This document shows, piece by piece, positions 1-13,406 of a stretch of DNA of 64,000 bases. This DNA is from Lama guanicoe (Eukaryota). Position 1 is the stretch's first letter. Each line of letters starts with the position of its first letter. Under the pieces are notes generated by a model. It made no database searches and was not told the DNA's origin. It saw nothing but the letters and a program-made list of their open reading frames with translations. Location of the stretch: the NCBI GenBank assembly GCA_013239625.1, contig MU055600.1, forward strand, positions 12,687,010-12,751,009. The letters are read 5' to 3'. A program made the position numbers and the translations under genes.

Positions 1-852
1 ATTTATCGGTTCCACTGACCTGTTTTTGTCCCAGTACCACCCAAGACTGCTATTTTAATGACACATTCTACTCAGGCAGCTAAACCTATCTTGATATAAT
101 GAAACACACATTATCTCCGGTATGAGTTGGCACTGTTACCTCGTCAAGTTAACTTGACTTCTTTGGGCCTCAGTCCAATTTGTAAAATTGTAGAAAACGA
201 TTCCTTCCTAAATGGACTTCTGCGAATAAAAGCTAGTAATGCCAAACTATTAGCTCCCTTCCATTAAACAAAATTAATCAGAGTCAATCTTCTATCCCCA
301 GGTAATCAAAAAGCAAACTCTAATACCGATGGGGAGATTCGTTTTTAAGCAATCGTGCGACCTTGTCTTCAGAAACGCAAGGTAGGGAAAGCCAAACTTA
401 CTTGTTGGATTTTGACAACTAACACTAAAGAAGAAGGCGTCAGAATTTAAAAGAATAAAAGAGGGGGAGGGGTGTCATCGGTCCTACAAGACTTTCCAAC
501 TATCCCTCTCCGCCAACAAAGACATAAAACGTTGCAAATGGGCAACTGGGACAACCTGACCCATACTCTTTCCTCACCACTTCTCTAATTCCCAAGCCTG
601 GGCGGCAACCCGCTCCTGGAACGTGAAAGTGCCTCTCAACCGCAAAACGCACGCTAAGAGGACGGGGACACTAACATTTACGCGAACCACCGGCGGACAG
701 CCATCCCGGCTGACAGATTCCGATTTCGACCTTTCGACCTTCGCGAGCATCACTGGCTCTGGAGGAAACTGAGGCCCAGGGAGGGTACGGAGAGCCTCGC
801 CCAAGGTCAGCGGGGAGTTGGGGCAGGCCGGGCTCGGAAGCCCGCCGCTCAC

Positions 853-1265
853 CTCAGCAGCGCCAGGAAGGCGGCGGGCTCCACGTCGGGCAGCTCGATC
901 TCGGCCGACGTGGTGGCCATACCGCCGTTGAACATGGCGTCGAAGACGGCGCTGCCGGCCGCCAGCACGAAGCGGTGGGCCGGGATGCGCTGCGGACCCC
1001 CGGCGGCGGCGGCGCCGGCGCCGCGGCCCTTGCCCAGCACGAAGCGCACATCGCTCAGCAGCTCCGAGTTGAAGAGGAAGGCGAAGCGCTCCTTCAGCGA
1101 CGCCTTGGTCGCCTGCCAGTTGTAGAGCGGCTCGCGCTGCAGGGGGAGCAGAGGCCCCAGGGAGGAGGGCGGCGGCGGTGGCGGCGGCGGCGGTCCCGTG
1201 GCGCCCGGCTCCGCCTCAGAACCGGGGACCTGCTCGCCCGTAGCGGCTGGCCCGAGCGAGGCCAT
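853..1265 (-). CDS. BTBD1: BTB/POZ domain-containing protein 1, coding exon 1 (137 codons + 2 nt); remainder of the gene lies left of the window
   Basis: Translation MASLGPAA...[33 protein letters not shown]...[46 protein letters not shown] is the BTBD1 N-terminus and BTB domain. ATG has good context (acgATGG). Donor AG|GTGAGC begins at 852. Confidence 0.97.
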
Positions 1266-1289
1266 CGTGTAGCGGCGCGGCTCCGCAGG

Positions 1290-1322
1290 CTAGGGAGAGG
1301 GCTCCGGCCGCCCAGCCGCCAT
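1290..1322 (-). other. Candidate uORF (MAAGRPEPSP*) in BTBD1 5' leader
   Basis: gcgATGG at 1322-1320 and TAG at 1292-1290, ending 24 nt before the main ATG. Confidence 0.55.
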
Positions 1323-1536
1323 CGCCGAGGCCGCCCCCCGAGGCCTCCCTACCTTCCGGGAAAGGCGCTTCCGGAGGCCGCGCGCCTCCGCCGGCCCCGC
1401 CCGGAGCTGCCTGGCGCGCGTCCCCGGACGGCCGGGAGGCGGAGGCGCGCGCGGCTGCCGGCGCTGGACCTGGAGGGGACTGTGCGCTCGGAGGGGACAG
1501 TGCTCGGTGGGGTCCGGGCAACCCTGGGCGCGCTGA

Positions 1537-1566
1537 GCGCATGTGAGCCCCCAGCTCCCGGAAGTG
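1537..1566. promoter_or_regulatory. NRF1-like (GCGCATGTG) and ETS/GABP (CCGGAAGTG) motifs in the BTBD1 promoter
   Basis: Motif matches at 1537-1545 and 1558-1566; this pairing is typical of housekeeping CpG-island promoters. Confidence 0.5.
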
Positions 1567-2242
1567 GGGCTTCTGCGGGCTGGTTGGGGCCCGGCCCAGG
1601 CCGCCGGCGCCTCCGCAGAACTGAGGGCGCTTGAAGCTCCTGCCTTTCCTTCCCTCAGACCCTCCATGTGCATGTAGGGCAGGTACCCAGGCTCTCCTTC
1701 AAGGAGTTTCACGCCTGGAAGTGGAGGGGGCCGGAGGGCATGATCAAGGAACGCTGTGGGAGGAGACGACGTGATTCCGCATACCCCTGTCCCCAACTAA
1801 TGTCCAAGTCACCGCTCCAGATGGCCCTCCCCCCCACCAAGGGGTAATCCCGGGAGCAGAGCTTGGAACCCCTCTATGTCTAACAGCCAGTGTTCTGTAA
1901 AGAAGGGCTTTTCCTTTTCCTCCTTCCTCTTCTATCTCTGTTTTTGGTATCAGAATGGACTCATGGATTGTTTTTTTTAATGTGTTTTGACCTATTACCA
2001 AAAGTTGACCATATTTTAAATCTAAAAAGACCCCTCAAATGTACCAAAGCGAAAATAGTGAAAATAGTACATACCACATTATCTGGTACAGGATAATAAA
2101 GTCATAATTGAATAGCAAAAAAATAGAAGACATTGCATTATCAAAACCTGTGAAATGCAGTCAAAGCTGAGCTCAAGGCTAAAACATAGCCAAAACCGCT
2201 TCTTTATTTGACTGAAAAACTATAAAAATAAGTGAGGTAGAG

Positions 2243-3280
2243 GATTCTGGAAAGCTGGCAGAGTAAGATGCCCCAGGAATCTGTCTCCCCACATGTACAA
2301 TTGCACTAGCAGAATCTGATATAACTATTTTGGAATTCTGGAATCTGTTGAGGGCTGGTAACTTCTAGAGGGAGACTTGGACAGTAAATTGCTGTTAATT
2401 TTGGTCAATTTCAGCTCTTTGCACAGTAACAGCTACCCATCCTCCACCCCTAGCTACATGGCAGTACACATGTTATTGGAGCAGCTTGCACACAGCTTGT
2501 AGGAGCCAGGGCAGGCAAAAAGGTACCTATCCTACAACAGAGGTTGGAGTTCAAGCTCCAGACAAGATGGGGGAGTTTAGTCATTACAAGGGACTTTTGA
2601 TTGAGATACCAGAAGGAGATGCCCTAGAAGCAAGTTTTATACCCTAGTGGTAAGAGAAAAATTAACTAGCTTAAAACTAGTCTTTGACAGTTTCAAGGTA
2701 ATCTCTACAAGTTGCCATAAGGAGACACAATCCTTTTTGAAGAAAGACACATCAACCAGAGTCTCAACATTTCTTCTTCAACAATGTTGGGGAAAAAAAT
2801 AATGAGTCATGCTGAAAAGGAGACACAGAGAAGGAGAAAGAATAGACAATGCAATCAGTTCTATGGAAGATTTAGATACTGGAAAAATCTGACAAGGACT
2901 TTAAAATAACTATATGATTAATATGATGAGGAAAAGAGAAGAAAGATGGAGAATTTCACCAGAGAGCTAGAATCCGTGAAAAGGGGTCAGATGGAGATTC
3001 TTGACCTGAAAAGTATTGTAAGAAATTAATACCTAAATGACTTGTGTTTAATAGCAAATTAGACACAGCAGAATGGATGATTAGTATAACTAGAAGACAA
3101 GTCAGTGGAAGATGTCCAAATCGAAACATAGAAAAAAAAAACCCAGAAAATGCCGAAAAGAATATGTCTTTTAATCATATGAGACAGAATGAAAAGGACT
3201 GACATATGTATAGCAGAGCACTAGAAGGGGAGCAGAGAATGAGGCAGAACCAGAAGAAATACTGACTGGAAATTTCTCAG
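2243..3280 (+). mobile_element. Old LINE-1 (L1M-type) 5'UTR/ORF1 fragments
   Basis: A-rich degenerate sequence resembling L1 5' region and ORF1; no intact ORF; boundaries approximate. Confidence 0.55.
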
Positions 3281-3500
3281 AGCAAGTGTCCCAAGAAAAC
3301 CAGGTGGAGCTGCATAACTTTTTTGGACCTAGACTCATAAGTTATGCAAGGTCATATCCACTGCATTCTTCTGGTTACAAATGAGTCACTATGACCAGTC
3401 CAGATTCAGAGCTGGGTAGGGGAGGGGAGATACATAGACCCCACCTCTTGATGAAGTAATATCAAAGAATTCATGGATATGTTTTAAAACCTCCACCCTA
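3281..3500 (-). mobile_element. MaLR (MLT1-type) LTR fragment
   Basis: Motifs such as 'ggtggagctgcat...ttttggacctagactc...cactgcattct...cagattca...agaccccacctcttgatg' are typical of antisense MLT1 LTRs. Confidence 0.55.
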
Positions 3501-4570
3501 CTAAAACTAAACACACCTATATCCTATGACCTAGTCATTCCACTCCTGGGTATATATATCCAACAGAAACTAGTACTTATGCCCACCAAAAGAAGTACAT
3601 GAATGTGCATAGCAGCTTTATTCATAATAAATGACCAAATGATTATCAATAGTAGAATGGATAAGTGGTGGTATTTTCATACAATGGATGAAAAGGAACA
3701 AACCCAATATTGAAATAATATGAATTAATTTCATAAACATGTTGCTTCCATTTATATCATATAATTTCATTTATATCAAACTTCACAATAGGCAAAACTA
3801 TAATATACGGTGCTATCGGTCAGAACAGCAGTTACATTTTGCGGGGCTGTTGACTAAGAGGGTGCATGAGGGAACTTTCTGGGATAACAGAAATGTTCTG
3901 TGTCTAATGGTAGTTATATGGGTGTTGTTCTAGTTATTTATTACTGTGTAACAAACCAGCCCAAAACTTAGTGGCTTAAAACAATCTGTTTTTCTTACGA
4001 ATCTGCAGTGGGGACAGGGCTCGGTGGGGAAAGCTCATGTCTCTCCACCCAGAGTCATCTGGGTTGGCTTGACTGGGGGCTAGAAGATCCACCTCCAAGA
4101 GGGCTTATTCACATGGCTGGCAAGTTGATGCTGGCTGCTGGCTGGGAGCTCCGTCAGAGTTGAGGGCCAGGGACCTTGGCTTCTCCCCACATGAACCTCT
4201 CCATGTGACTGGGCTTCCTCATAACATGGTGGCTCCAAGGGCAAGTGGCCTAAGAGAGACAGGAAGAGGCTCGATCTCCTTTTATGACCTAGGTTTGACC
4301 GTCACACAGCATAGTGCCTCCACACTTAATTTGTTGAGGTGGTCACAAAGCCCTGCCCAGGTGTAAAAGGAGGGGACATAGACGCTGCACTTGATGGGGG
4401 AGTGGCAAGTCACACTGTGAGAAAGCCACGGGGGACTGGAAACATTAAGCCATCTTTAGAATATACAATTGACCACAGGAGTTTACATATGTAAAAACTT
4501 CCTAGCTTTATGCTTGAGATTTGTGTCCTTTACCATTTGTAAGTTATACCTCAACAGAAAAGTAAATAAA
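3500..4570 (+). mobile_element. L1ME/MB-type 3' end, interrupted by an MLT1 LTR
   Basis: 'cctatgacctagtcattccactcctgggtatat' through 'taagttatacctcaac...aaataaa' matches the L1 3'UTR/terminus and resumes after 4482. Confidence 0.65.
3926..4477 (-). mobile_element. Solo MaLR MLT1 LTR
   Basis: TG...CA ends; 'tgtaacaaaccagcccaaaacttagtggcttaaaacaa' is an MLT1 hallmark; 5-bp flanks ggtgt/ggagt match at 4 of 5 (TSD). Confidence 0.75.
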
Positions 4571-5123
4571 ATGTGAAAAGCTTGTAAAAGAATATATAAA
4601 CTTCACTTTTAAATTTATCCTGTATACTTGAGAACATTATTTATCTTTCCATCCATATAAACATGTATACCCCTAATACAACTTTTTAAAATAAAAATGG
4701 TATCATACTACACATATTATTCTGAAACTTACTTTTTGTTACTTAATACATTGTGGAAATCCTTCCATGCCAGCAGTTTGGGAGCGGAATGCTTTCAAAT
4801 GTTCAAAGAATAGATACTAAATAAATGAGAGCTTAGCCAGACTTCCAAATTCGTATTATGAAGTTAACTCTGAAGTTAACTCTGATATTAAATCCTGATC
4901 AAGAGAAATCATATAAAGGAAACTATTAGCCAATCTCATATATGAATATAATATGAAAATCTCAAAGTAACAGCAAATCAAATTTAGTACTAATTAAAAG
5001 CATAATCAACCACAAGGAAGTAAATTCATTCAAGTAGAAATTCAAAGGTAGTTCAATATAAAGAAAAGGTACTAGCATTTATCCCCTCAGATATGCATAA
5101 TAAGAAAAGTTATATCATAGAAT

Positions 5124-6390
5124 CAGGAATGGACCCCAGTTTTATGGGTCTGAAGCTTATACAATTGTGTGTGCGTGTGTAGGGGGGTACTTCTAGAGAA
5201 AGAATGCAAATTAGATAGAAAATTGGGGTATATAGATCTTCATAGCAAATCTTTGAAACTTTTCTACATGTTTGAAATTATTAGAAAAGTTAGAAGAGTA
5301 TAATGAGAAAAAATCATAAGCAATCACATATTTTTGAAAAGCTGACAAATATCACAAACAGTATAAACCCAGAAAGTAGCCTGAAAAACGTCTATAATAC
5401 TTTTCCCCTGAAGTTTGTCTTCATACTTTTTGTCTCTTGACATGAAAATGATTTTGGAACATCATTTTCTAGAGAAAGATCAGAAAAATTATATTTTTCC
5501 TCTAGTAGGATCAAAAATTTTGTTGTTGGCTATTATTGGCTGTTTAGAGAAGTTTCTGCATTTTTAGAACTTGTTACTGATAATATGCACATTTAAAGCA
5601 TTATCGTGAATCCTGGGAACACTTCTTTGACATTTCTCTTCTGTACGAGCTATAGCAGACATTTACGATACTGCTAGAGGTTTGTGTCCAACAAACACAG
5701 GAATTCTGATAAATTCTGTCTTGTGTGATTCTTGTTACAAAAGGGTATGATTGTCTATTATTGTAATCAATGAAACATCAAGAATATTCCTAACAAGAGA
5801 GGACTTCTTTCTTGATCAGGTGTTAATAAAAACCAAATCCTCCACTTACAGTTTTATATTTTGATTGATTGGAAAGTTTTCCCACAGACTAGCCTCTGTT
5901 GTTATTTATTTTTTAAACTTGTTTGCCTCCACTGCCCATATACCTCTGGGGCTGGGTCCCAGAGGATCCATTTATATGGTAATAAGGTTCCTGCCTATAC
6001 CTTTGTGTCATGATACTGGATAAGTTGGCAACAGGCAGTAGAAGTATCCCTGGAAGCTCTTCCTATAGTGAGCATCTAGCAAAAGTGACTGATAACCACA
6101 TAAAGATATCCTGCTAAACCTAACTAAACGTATCCCAGACTCAGCTTCTCCTTAATGCCAGAGGCCATTCCAGTGCCCCCCAGTGACACAGGGAAATTGT
6201 GATGGAAGATTTATTAGACCTATCAGCCTTAACCAACAGTCATTAAAATATCTTACTTTGCAAATTTTACATAAATATAACATTGTGTGAAGATATTGCT
6301 AGGGCCCCTCCTAGACTCTTGGATGAGGTTTGTGAAAGTGAAGGGCCCTGAAACTTAAGCTTCATTAGTTTCATGATAAATCTTCCTCTG
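5124..6390. mobile_element. hAT-Tip100 DNA transposon relic (Zaphod/MER115-like)
   Basis: Left end 'caggaatggaccccagttttatgggtctgaagcttatacaatt' and right end 'gggccctgaaacttaagcttcattagtttcatgataaatcttcctctg' resemble the termini of this family; CAG...CTG ends. Confidence 0.6.
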
Positions 6391-7384
6391 CACAGAGCTG
6401 ATGTGAGGCTTAACTGCATTAAATCATGGGAAGTATTTAGAACAGCCTGAGTAAATGCTCAATAAATACAATTTATTATACAGCACTGATACAGAAATAG
6501 ATAAATACAGCAGAGTAGCGAGTCCAGAAAGAGATTCAATTATATATAATATATATATACACATACATATATTTGTTTATTGGAGATAGATTATATTTCA
6601 CTCTTTATTCCAAAATATATACCTCAAAGCGTAAATCTATATAATAAAGAAGAAGACAGTGATAACAAAGAAGAAAAGAAGAAGAACAACAATGGTAACA
6701 ACAAGACAAAAGAACCAAAATAAAGTGCAAGTGAAATGATCTGGTTTATTTTAAACATAACACCAAAGACTAAATCCATAAAATAAAAATACTGGCAGAT
6801 TTGACTACATAAAAACGTTAAACTTCTGTCCATCTATGAATAAAGTATATTAATATTAAAAGTAAAGATACAAACTAGGAGAAAATATTTGTGTAATTTA
6901 TGACAAAAGGATCATATCATTAATATAGAAAGAGCCCTTATAAACCAATAAGATGAATACCCACTCATCCCCTTTTTTAAATGGACAAAGGACATGAACA
7001 GGGAATGCAAAAAAATATAACCTTTCTGAAGAGTGACTCAGAAATGCATGTTCTACAGTTTAAAATTTATGTATCTTTTGTCCCAGCAATTCTATCCATG
7101 GTAATTTATCCTGAGGAAATAAGAGCAGAGTATAGAATTAAAAACAACATTATAAAAAGATATCAAAGCATTATAACAATTTTTAAAAATGGAAACAGCC
7201 TAGATAGATGATTGGTTAGGTAAATTACAGTACAATCAATTATATGCTGGAACAATAAATATCTGTTTAAGAATGTTTATTGGTATGAGAACGTGTTCTC
7301 AAGCCATAACGCTGAGTGAAAGAGCAGGCTACAGAACAAGACATATAGCAATCCATTTTGTCCTATGGGCCTAGAGTGCACCAT

Positions 7385-7740
7385 TTTTTTTAAATTGAAG
7401 TATATTCAGTTTACAACATTGCATCAATTTCTGGTGTATAGCATAATAGCTCAGTCATATATATATATATGTATACATATATATATTTGTTTTCATATTC
7501 TTTTTCATTATAGGTTACTACAAGATATTGAATATAGTTCCCTCTGCTATACAGTAGAAACTTGTTTATCCATTTTATATATAGTCTTTAGTATCTGCAA
7601 ATCCTGAACTCCCAATTTATCCCTTTCCACTCCCTCCTGCCCCGTAACCATAAATTTGTTTCCTATATCTGTGAATCTGTTTCTGTTTTATAAATAAATT
7701 CACTTTTTTTTAGATTCCACATACAACAGATATTACATGG
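7385..7740 (-). mobile_element. Lineage-type LINE-1 3' end (5'-truncated)
   Basis: Starts with poly-T then 'aattgaagtata'; contains internal (TA)n and 'tacaagatattgaatatagttccc...tgctatacagtag'; resembles the reverse complement of the copy at 13407-13832. Confidence 0.8.
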
Positions 7741-10349
7741 TCATTTTGTTTTAAATGTCTGTTTTATATGTATAAAAAAGTAAAGTTTATAACCACTGTT
7801 GTTAATTTGATATATTGTGGGGTGATGGGATGATTAGTGATTTCTCCCATTTTGTATTATTTTTCTTATTGGAGCTTAAGAAAGAGGTAAAAATATTGTG
7901 AGACTTGATGACATACAATGATTGCATTGGCTAGCAGGACACCTGCCTAGCTATGCCATAAGATGCAGTTTATTTCTCTGTCTTCCTCTGAAATGCTGTT
8001 AGGTATCACCTCTCATTTGACTAAATGCAATTTAATTCAGTTGCACAATCATTGCATACTCCTACTGCAAGGCACTAGAGATAAGATTACAAAGGTAACT
8101 AGAAGATATTACTTTCCCCAAAGAAGCCAATAATTTAGTAGGAGGGGAAATCCACTGGGACCTGCTCAGCTAGAAATAAAATTTCTTTTTGGAATTTTTT
8201 TTTTTAATGCAACAGCAAAGGCAATTTTTCGTCTCCTAGACTAAATTCAGCTTACTTAAGGAGTTCTTCTTTCTTTGCTTGTCATTGCTTTCTGGAATTC
8301 AGCCTAGGAAAGTAACATATGTCACCATGTGTGCTAGTTTATAATTAGAACAAATGGGAAGATTTATAAGAAAAGGCCTATTGGCAAAAAACATTTAGTA
8401 AAACTCTAGAAAAGGCAGTCAGGAGAAAGAAGGAGGAAGAAGTCTATTTTGGAAATTAATTTGATGCTAAAGAAAGAGAAGACATTTAAAAATATAAAAG
8501 GCAATTATTACGTCCTTGGGATTTTTGTTTCAGGAGTGCATGGAAATGTAGCTGCTATTAGATTACCCTCTATTTGAAAGGATGAGTATTGTGGATATAA
8601 ATAGAAGCTAAGGTCAAGAAGCTAAAGGCAGAAAAAGACTCATGCATCCAATAGAGACTGATAAGCATGTGAAATAATATCCTCTACTCATAAGGCTGCA
8701 ATTATGCCTCTGCCCTGAGTTTGAGCTCCAGGGAAGAGGGGAAGGGTAAAAATCAGAAGGGCCTAAGGTTGCCCTTCTCATAAATCTTAAACCAGTTCAA
8801 ATCTTCACCAGACTTCATTATGATAACATTAATACACAGCAGAGTCTTATTTCTAAGACCTCTGAGCCCATCGGGTAATTTCCTCTCCACATTTCACCTG
8901 TTTCCAACCAAGCATTGACATGTTTCAGAAAGATGTCGTTGACCTAAGCCCTAAAAAACACCATCTCTTCCCTCTTTAGGAACATGCGTTTTTGAGAAGA
9001 TTTTCCTAGAGGCACGACCCCAGGAATTTAAAAAGCAAACAGGTAGAGGGTACATATAGTCTGATGCAGCTTAATTTCCCACCATCTTTCCATCCCACTG
9101 CTACACTGACCTCCTCTATCCCAGATTTCCCACATTCTGCTTTCCTGCTCAGGACACAGCTGTTCAGCTTTCATCCTTCTCCACTGTCCTGCCAGCTTTC
9201 ATGACCCTCAGGCTCTAGCGGGGCACGTTTCCCTGAGCACCTTCCCACCCCTTCCTGCTTTGACTGTCCCCTCTGTCTTTTCTTGGGCTCCTGTCCCAGC
9301 TGCCTGAGCCTGACTCATTCACGAAGGGCTCCATTCCCATGCCCCACTGTGCATGGTTGCCAGGGTCTCCACTGAGTGGCGGTGGGCTACCTGGATGCTC
9401 AGTGGATCTGCTGCCTCTTCCTTGTCTTTCTCTGAGAGGTCTCTTCTCTGCACTTGACTCTCATCACTACGTGCTCTTCAAGAAGAGGGGAAAGAATAGC
9501 CTTTTAGTTCACCAAGTCAACTCAAGTTCTCTAAGTCCACAGCTCTTTCCCAGATACGCCTCATCTCCATATGGAATGTACCTCTTCTGTCCTCACCAAG
9601 TGCCACTCTTCCTAGCTTGAGTGAGAACATAATGACTGATATGCATACAGTTTTAGTCTGTGACCCACCTGAGGGATAGGGGGACATGTCTACCTATCCC
9701 AGACTCTTGGTACCTTTTCACTAAGGTATTGGACTTGTGTGTGGGGTCAGGAGGTAATGTCTGTGCCCTTTATTTTGGGGGGTCCTATTTCTTAGGTTCT
9801 CTCAGGCAATAACATTCCTTCAGATCCAGCTTTCTGGGACATGAATTGGGGAAAACAGGTTTGTAACTTCAAATAGCTCTGGTTTCTTAACCCAAACATC
9901 TGTCACATTGGCTGGCCCTGGGGTCCTAGATATGGTTGATCTTTATTGCCTTCCCACGATTTTTCTTCCAAATCATTTATCACTTTTATAGGATTTCATT
10001 GGTATTTTCCATTTGACTAAACCTGTAGGCTTTTTTTTCTCATTGAATCACACATACCAGTTATAAGATGCATTCTGATTTCAGAGTTGTTACAAGAGGA
10101 AGAAATATATATTTAGAATTGATGAAACACACTATATGTTAACCTTTCTGCTTATGATTTTGTTTTATTGTACATTTTCCTTTGTAGAGTTTTTTATGTT
10201 GTAATTGATTTTCTACCATGTCAATTTTACTTCCATTGTTTCTAATAATGATTTTTAAGTAGTCTATTATTAATTTTTATAATAATTAAAAAAAACTTGG
10301 CCTATTGTTCTTGGATATATGTCCTCTTCCATCTCTTTTACAACTTGTG

Positions 10350-11480
10350 GATCTCACATGACACACAAAAAATCAATTCCAGATCTAAATGTAAAAGGCC
10401 CCTCAAATTCTTATAGCAGAAAATATAGGAGGACCTATTAAAGCAGGCAAAGATGTCTTAATAGGGAAATATAAATCACACTATCCATCAAAGGAAATTA
10501 ATAAATTGGACTATATTAAAATTAAGAACCTCTGTTTATCGAAAGATACAAATTAAGAGAATGAAAAGGCAAGCTATAGATTTGGAAAAGATATTTTCAA
10601 TATGTATATCTGACAAAAGACTCTCATCCAAAGTGTGTAAATTGATAAGAGAAAGGAAACCAACTGAACAGAAAATGGGCAAGAGATCTGAATGGCCATT
10701 TATTAAGGAGGTTTTGCAAAAGGCTAAGAAGCACGCAAGAAGATGTTCAACATCGTCACCATCAAGAAAACGCAAACTAACACAAGAATGAGATACGACT
10801 ACATGGGACCACAATGGCTAAAAATTAAATGGCTGACAATAACAAGTGGTAACAAGGATACAGAACAATCAGAACATTCATACTCATATTCTCCTGATAG
10901 GAGTGTAAACTAATACAGCCAATCTGAAAAGTTATTTGGCATTATCCCCTAAAGATCAACATCTACACAATCTATGGCCCAGAGATTCCACTCCTAGGGA
11001 TATTTCCAACAGAAACATGTATATGTGTTCACCTAAAGACATGCCCAAGAATGTTCATAGGAGTACAGTTTGTAATAAACAAAAACTAGAGAAGAGACAA
11101 TTGATAAGCTTGAGTAGACAGAAATGTAAATTGTGCCATATTAACACAATGGAAATCTACACAGAATGAATTGATACAACAGCATAGATGAATCCTACAA
11201 ACACAATAATGAATGAAAGGAGCCAGACCCGCAAAGAGTATGTACTGTGTAATTCTGTATATGTAAAGTTCAAAACCAAGAAATTAAACTGTGGTGTTAG
11301 AAGTTAAGATATAGAAATGATATGAGGTGGGCTTCTGGAAGCTGTTAATGTTCTGTGTCTAGATCTGGGAATCATAGGAGTCTAGACCCATTTTTGAAAG
11401 TTCAATGAACTGTACTCTCAGGATTTGTGCACCTTTTGGTGTGAGTGTTAGACCTTATTAGAGTTTCCAGAAAAATATTG
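10350..11480 (+). mobile_element. Old LINE-1 ORF2 C-terminal region and 3'UTR
   Basis: ORF fragment MKRQAIDLEKIFSICISDKRLSSK... resembles the L1 ORF2p C-terminus and is followed by L1 3'UTR motifs. Confidence 0.8.
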
Positions 11481-13406
11481 AAGACTTGTTCTTAGATTCT
11501 TGCATTTCTTCTGGATGATTTAGTCAAGAAGTTTTCTTTAGGCTCTTACTGCTGTCTACTGTCATTGTCCTTAGATTCGTTTTTGCTTGCTTAAGTATTG
11601 GGGATAATAATTTTGCACACAGTATTTTATTTCCCTCTTAAATAATGTTCCCTTTCAGCCTTCCCTCTCTAAGACAGGCTTATCTTCCCAGAGCAGGAAA
11701 GACTGAACATTTGGCCTCCTTATCAAAGTGATTGTTCTAAAATTAGGGTGGCTGGGGGAAAGATGCCATGTTCATTCCTGAGCCTCTTTTAGCCCCTGGG
11801 AATGCAGAATTGAGAGCAGCCCTGCCATGGATCTGCTGGGTGGGAGTGAGGTGACCCCACTGCCTGGACTGCCTGGTCAGGGGCCAGATGGGCAATGTGG
11901 TAGCGATTCAGTGGAGCCCATAGGTCAGTGAAAGCTAAGGTGAGGTCAAGCCAGCTGGAAAGCAGCCCTCAGGCTCTGACCATAATAAATAAAACTAGGT
12001 GGCAGGTTAGAGCAACTGTAGGGATCAGCTATGGATACTAGAAGCCAAGATCAAAGCCAGTTGTGCCTCAGTGGTGACTAGCCCCCACATAGCAAAGGGA
12101 TGGCATAAGGCCATAATATCTAAGAAGTCACATGACCCCTTCCCTGTACCCATATGCTACCTTAGAGATGAGCTGGAAGAGGAGGGTGAAACCTGACAAA
12201 CTGAATCATTTTCCCTCTAAAGGGATTGGTCACATTCCCGACTTGGACTAATTGTACTAGAATGAACTAAAATACATGTTTCCATGTCACCTAATCATGG
12301 AGACCCAGTAAGATCAGATTGCTTAAAGAGAAATAAAGGAGCCACATTTCTTTGGCACTTCTGAGGACAGTGCAACTAAAGTTGCAGCCCTTTTTCTCTC
12401 TTTTGTTTATTTCTTCTTGATTTTATCAACTTGTAAATTTTGTTGCTGAAAATAATTCAGTTAGGAAGTTTTCTAGATATTTGAATAGAATTTGAGGAGA
12501 AAGTTCCTGGCATTGCTACTCTCCACAACCATCCCTTTATTTATTAGTAAAACTACTTTACAATTTGTCTTACTTTTCCACTGTATTCATCGTCCAACCA
12601 TCTATCTACCCACCCAAACAGTAACCATTTTTTGGAGCCACGTGCCAGGTATTAAGCTAGGAGATGAATGACAGTCCTTGCTATCAAGTTTTGAACACAG
12701 AGGGTAAGCAGATAACAAACACTGTTCCATCTTCGCCTCACCACATAGCCACATAGGCTTGTTTTCATTTTTGGTGTCTAGGCATATGAATTGCCAGGTA
12801 TTGTTGAAAGTACCAGGTTTCTGAGTCTTATGACACTATGACAATAATCTTTAAGAGCTTCCTTGCTTTGTAGTATGTCAAGTTGAACGTCTGCTGCCCT
12901 AGACCTGGAATCAGTCATTTCTCTAAGGAGCCTCGGTTCCCTTTAGTGGGAAATATATTTAGAAACCAGAATCTGGCCTCTAAGGAAGCTCATTTCTTCT
13001 GGGTTTGTTATTATTTCCTGTTCTTTTCAGTGGACGTAGATGAGAAAATAGACATCCATGTCTTGTTCCTAATCTTAGGGGAAAAAAATCTTTGGTCTTT
13101 CATTATTGAGTATATTAGCTGTGGGTTTGTTGAGTGTTTTTATTATGAAGGGCTCAAAAAAATTTAAGAATGTAAAGGGGTCCTGCTGGTGTAGAGTACT
13201 AGCTAGGAGCGAGGGCTTTGGAATCAGTCTGTGTGGTTTGAATCAGAGCCTGGCCGTTTACTTGCTTCACGAACTGTTTGGATGGTTTATTTAACCATTC
13301 TCTGCCCCAGTTTCCTTATTTGGAAAATGGAGAGGATAATAGTAACACTATCTACCTCAGAGGGATAAATGAAGATTAGATGATTACACGTTAAAACAGT
13401 GCCTGA

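Larger units (their letters stand above)
600..1640. promoter_or_regulatory. BTBD1: CpG island spanning BTBD1 promoter, 5'UTR and exon 1
   Basis: Very GC- and CpG-dense block that contrasts with AT-rich flanks and overlaps the first coding exon; boundaries approximate. Confidence 0.9.

Noticed and set aside
1400..1520. Possible orthologue of a microRNA I recall being annotated near the human BTBD1 promoter
   Set aside because: No convincing hairpin or mature-sequence match can be established by eye.
975..1634. 219-aa plus-strand ORF and other long ORFs over the BTBD1 CpG island
   Set aside because: Antisense or alternate-frame shadows of very GC-rich sequence with low-complexity Arg/Gly/Pro/Ala products; no recognisable domain.
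11660..12390. Probable ancient LTR-like element
   Set aside because: Composition suggests an LTR, but I could not fix termini, TSD or family.
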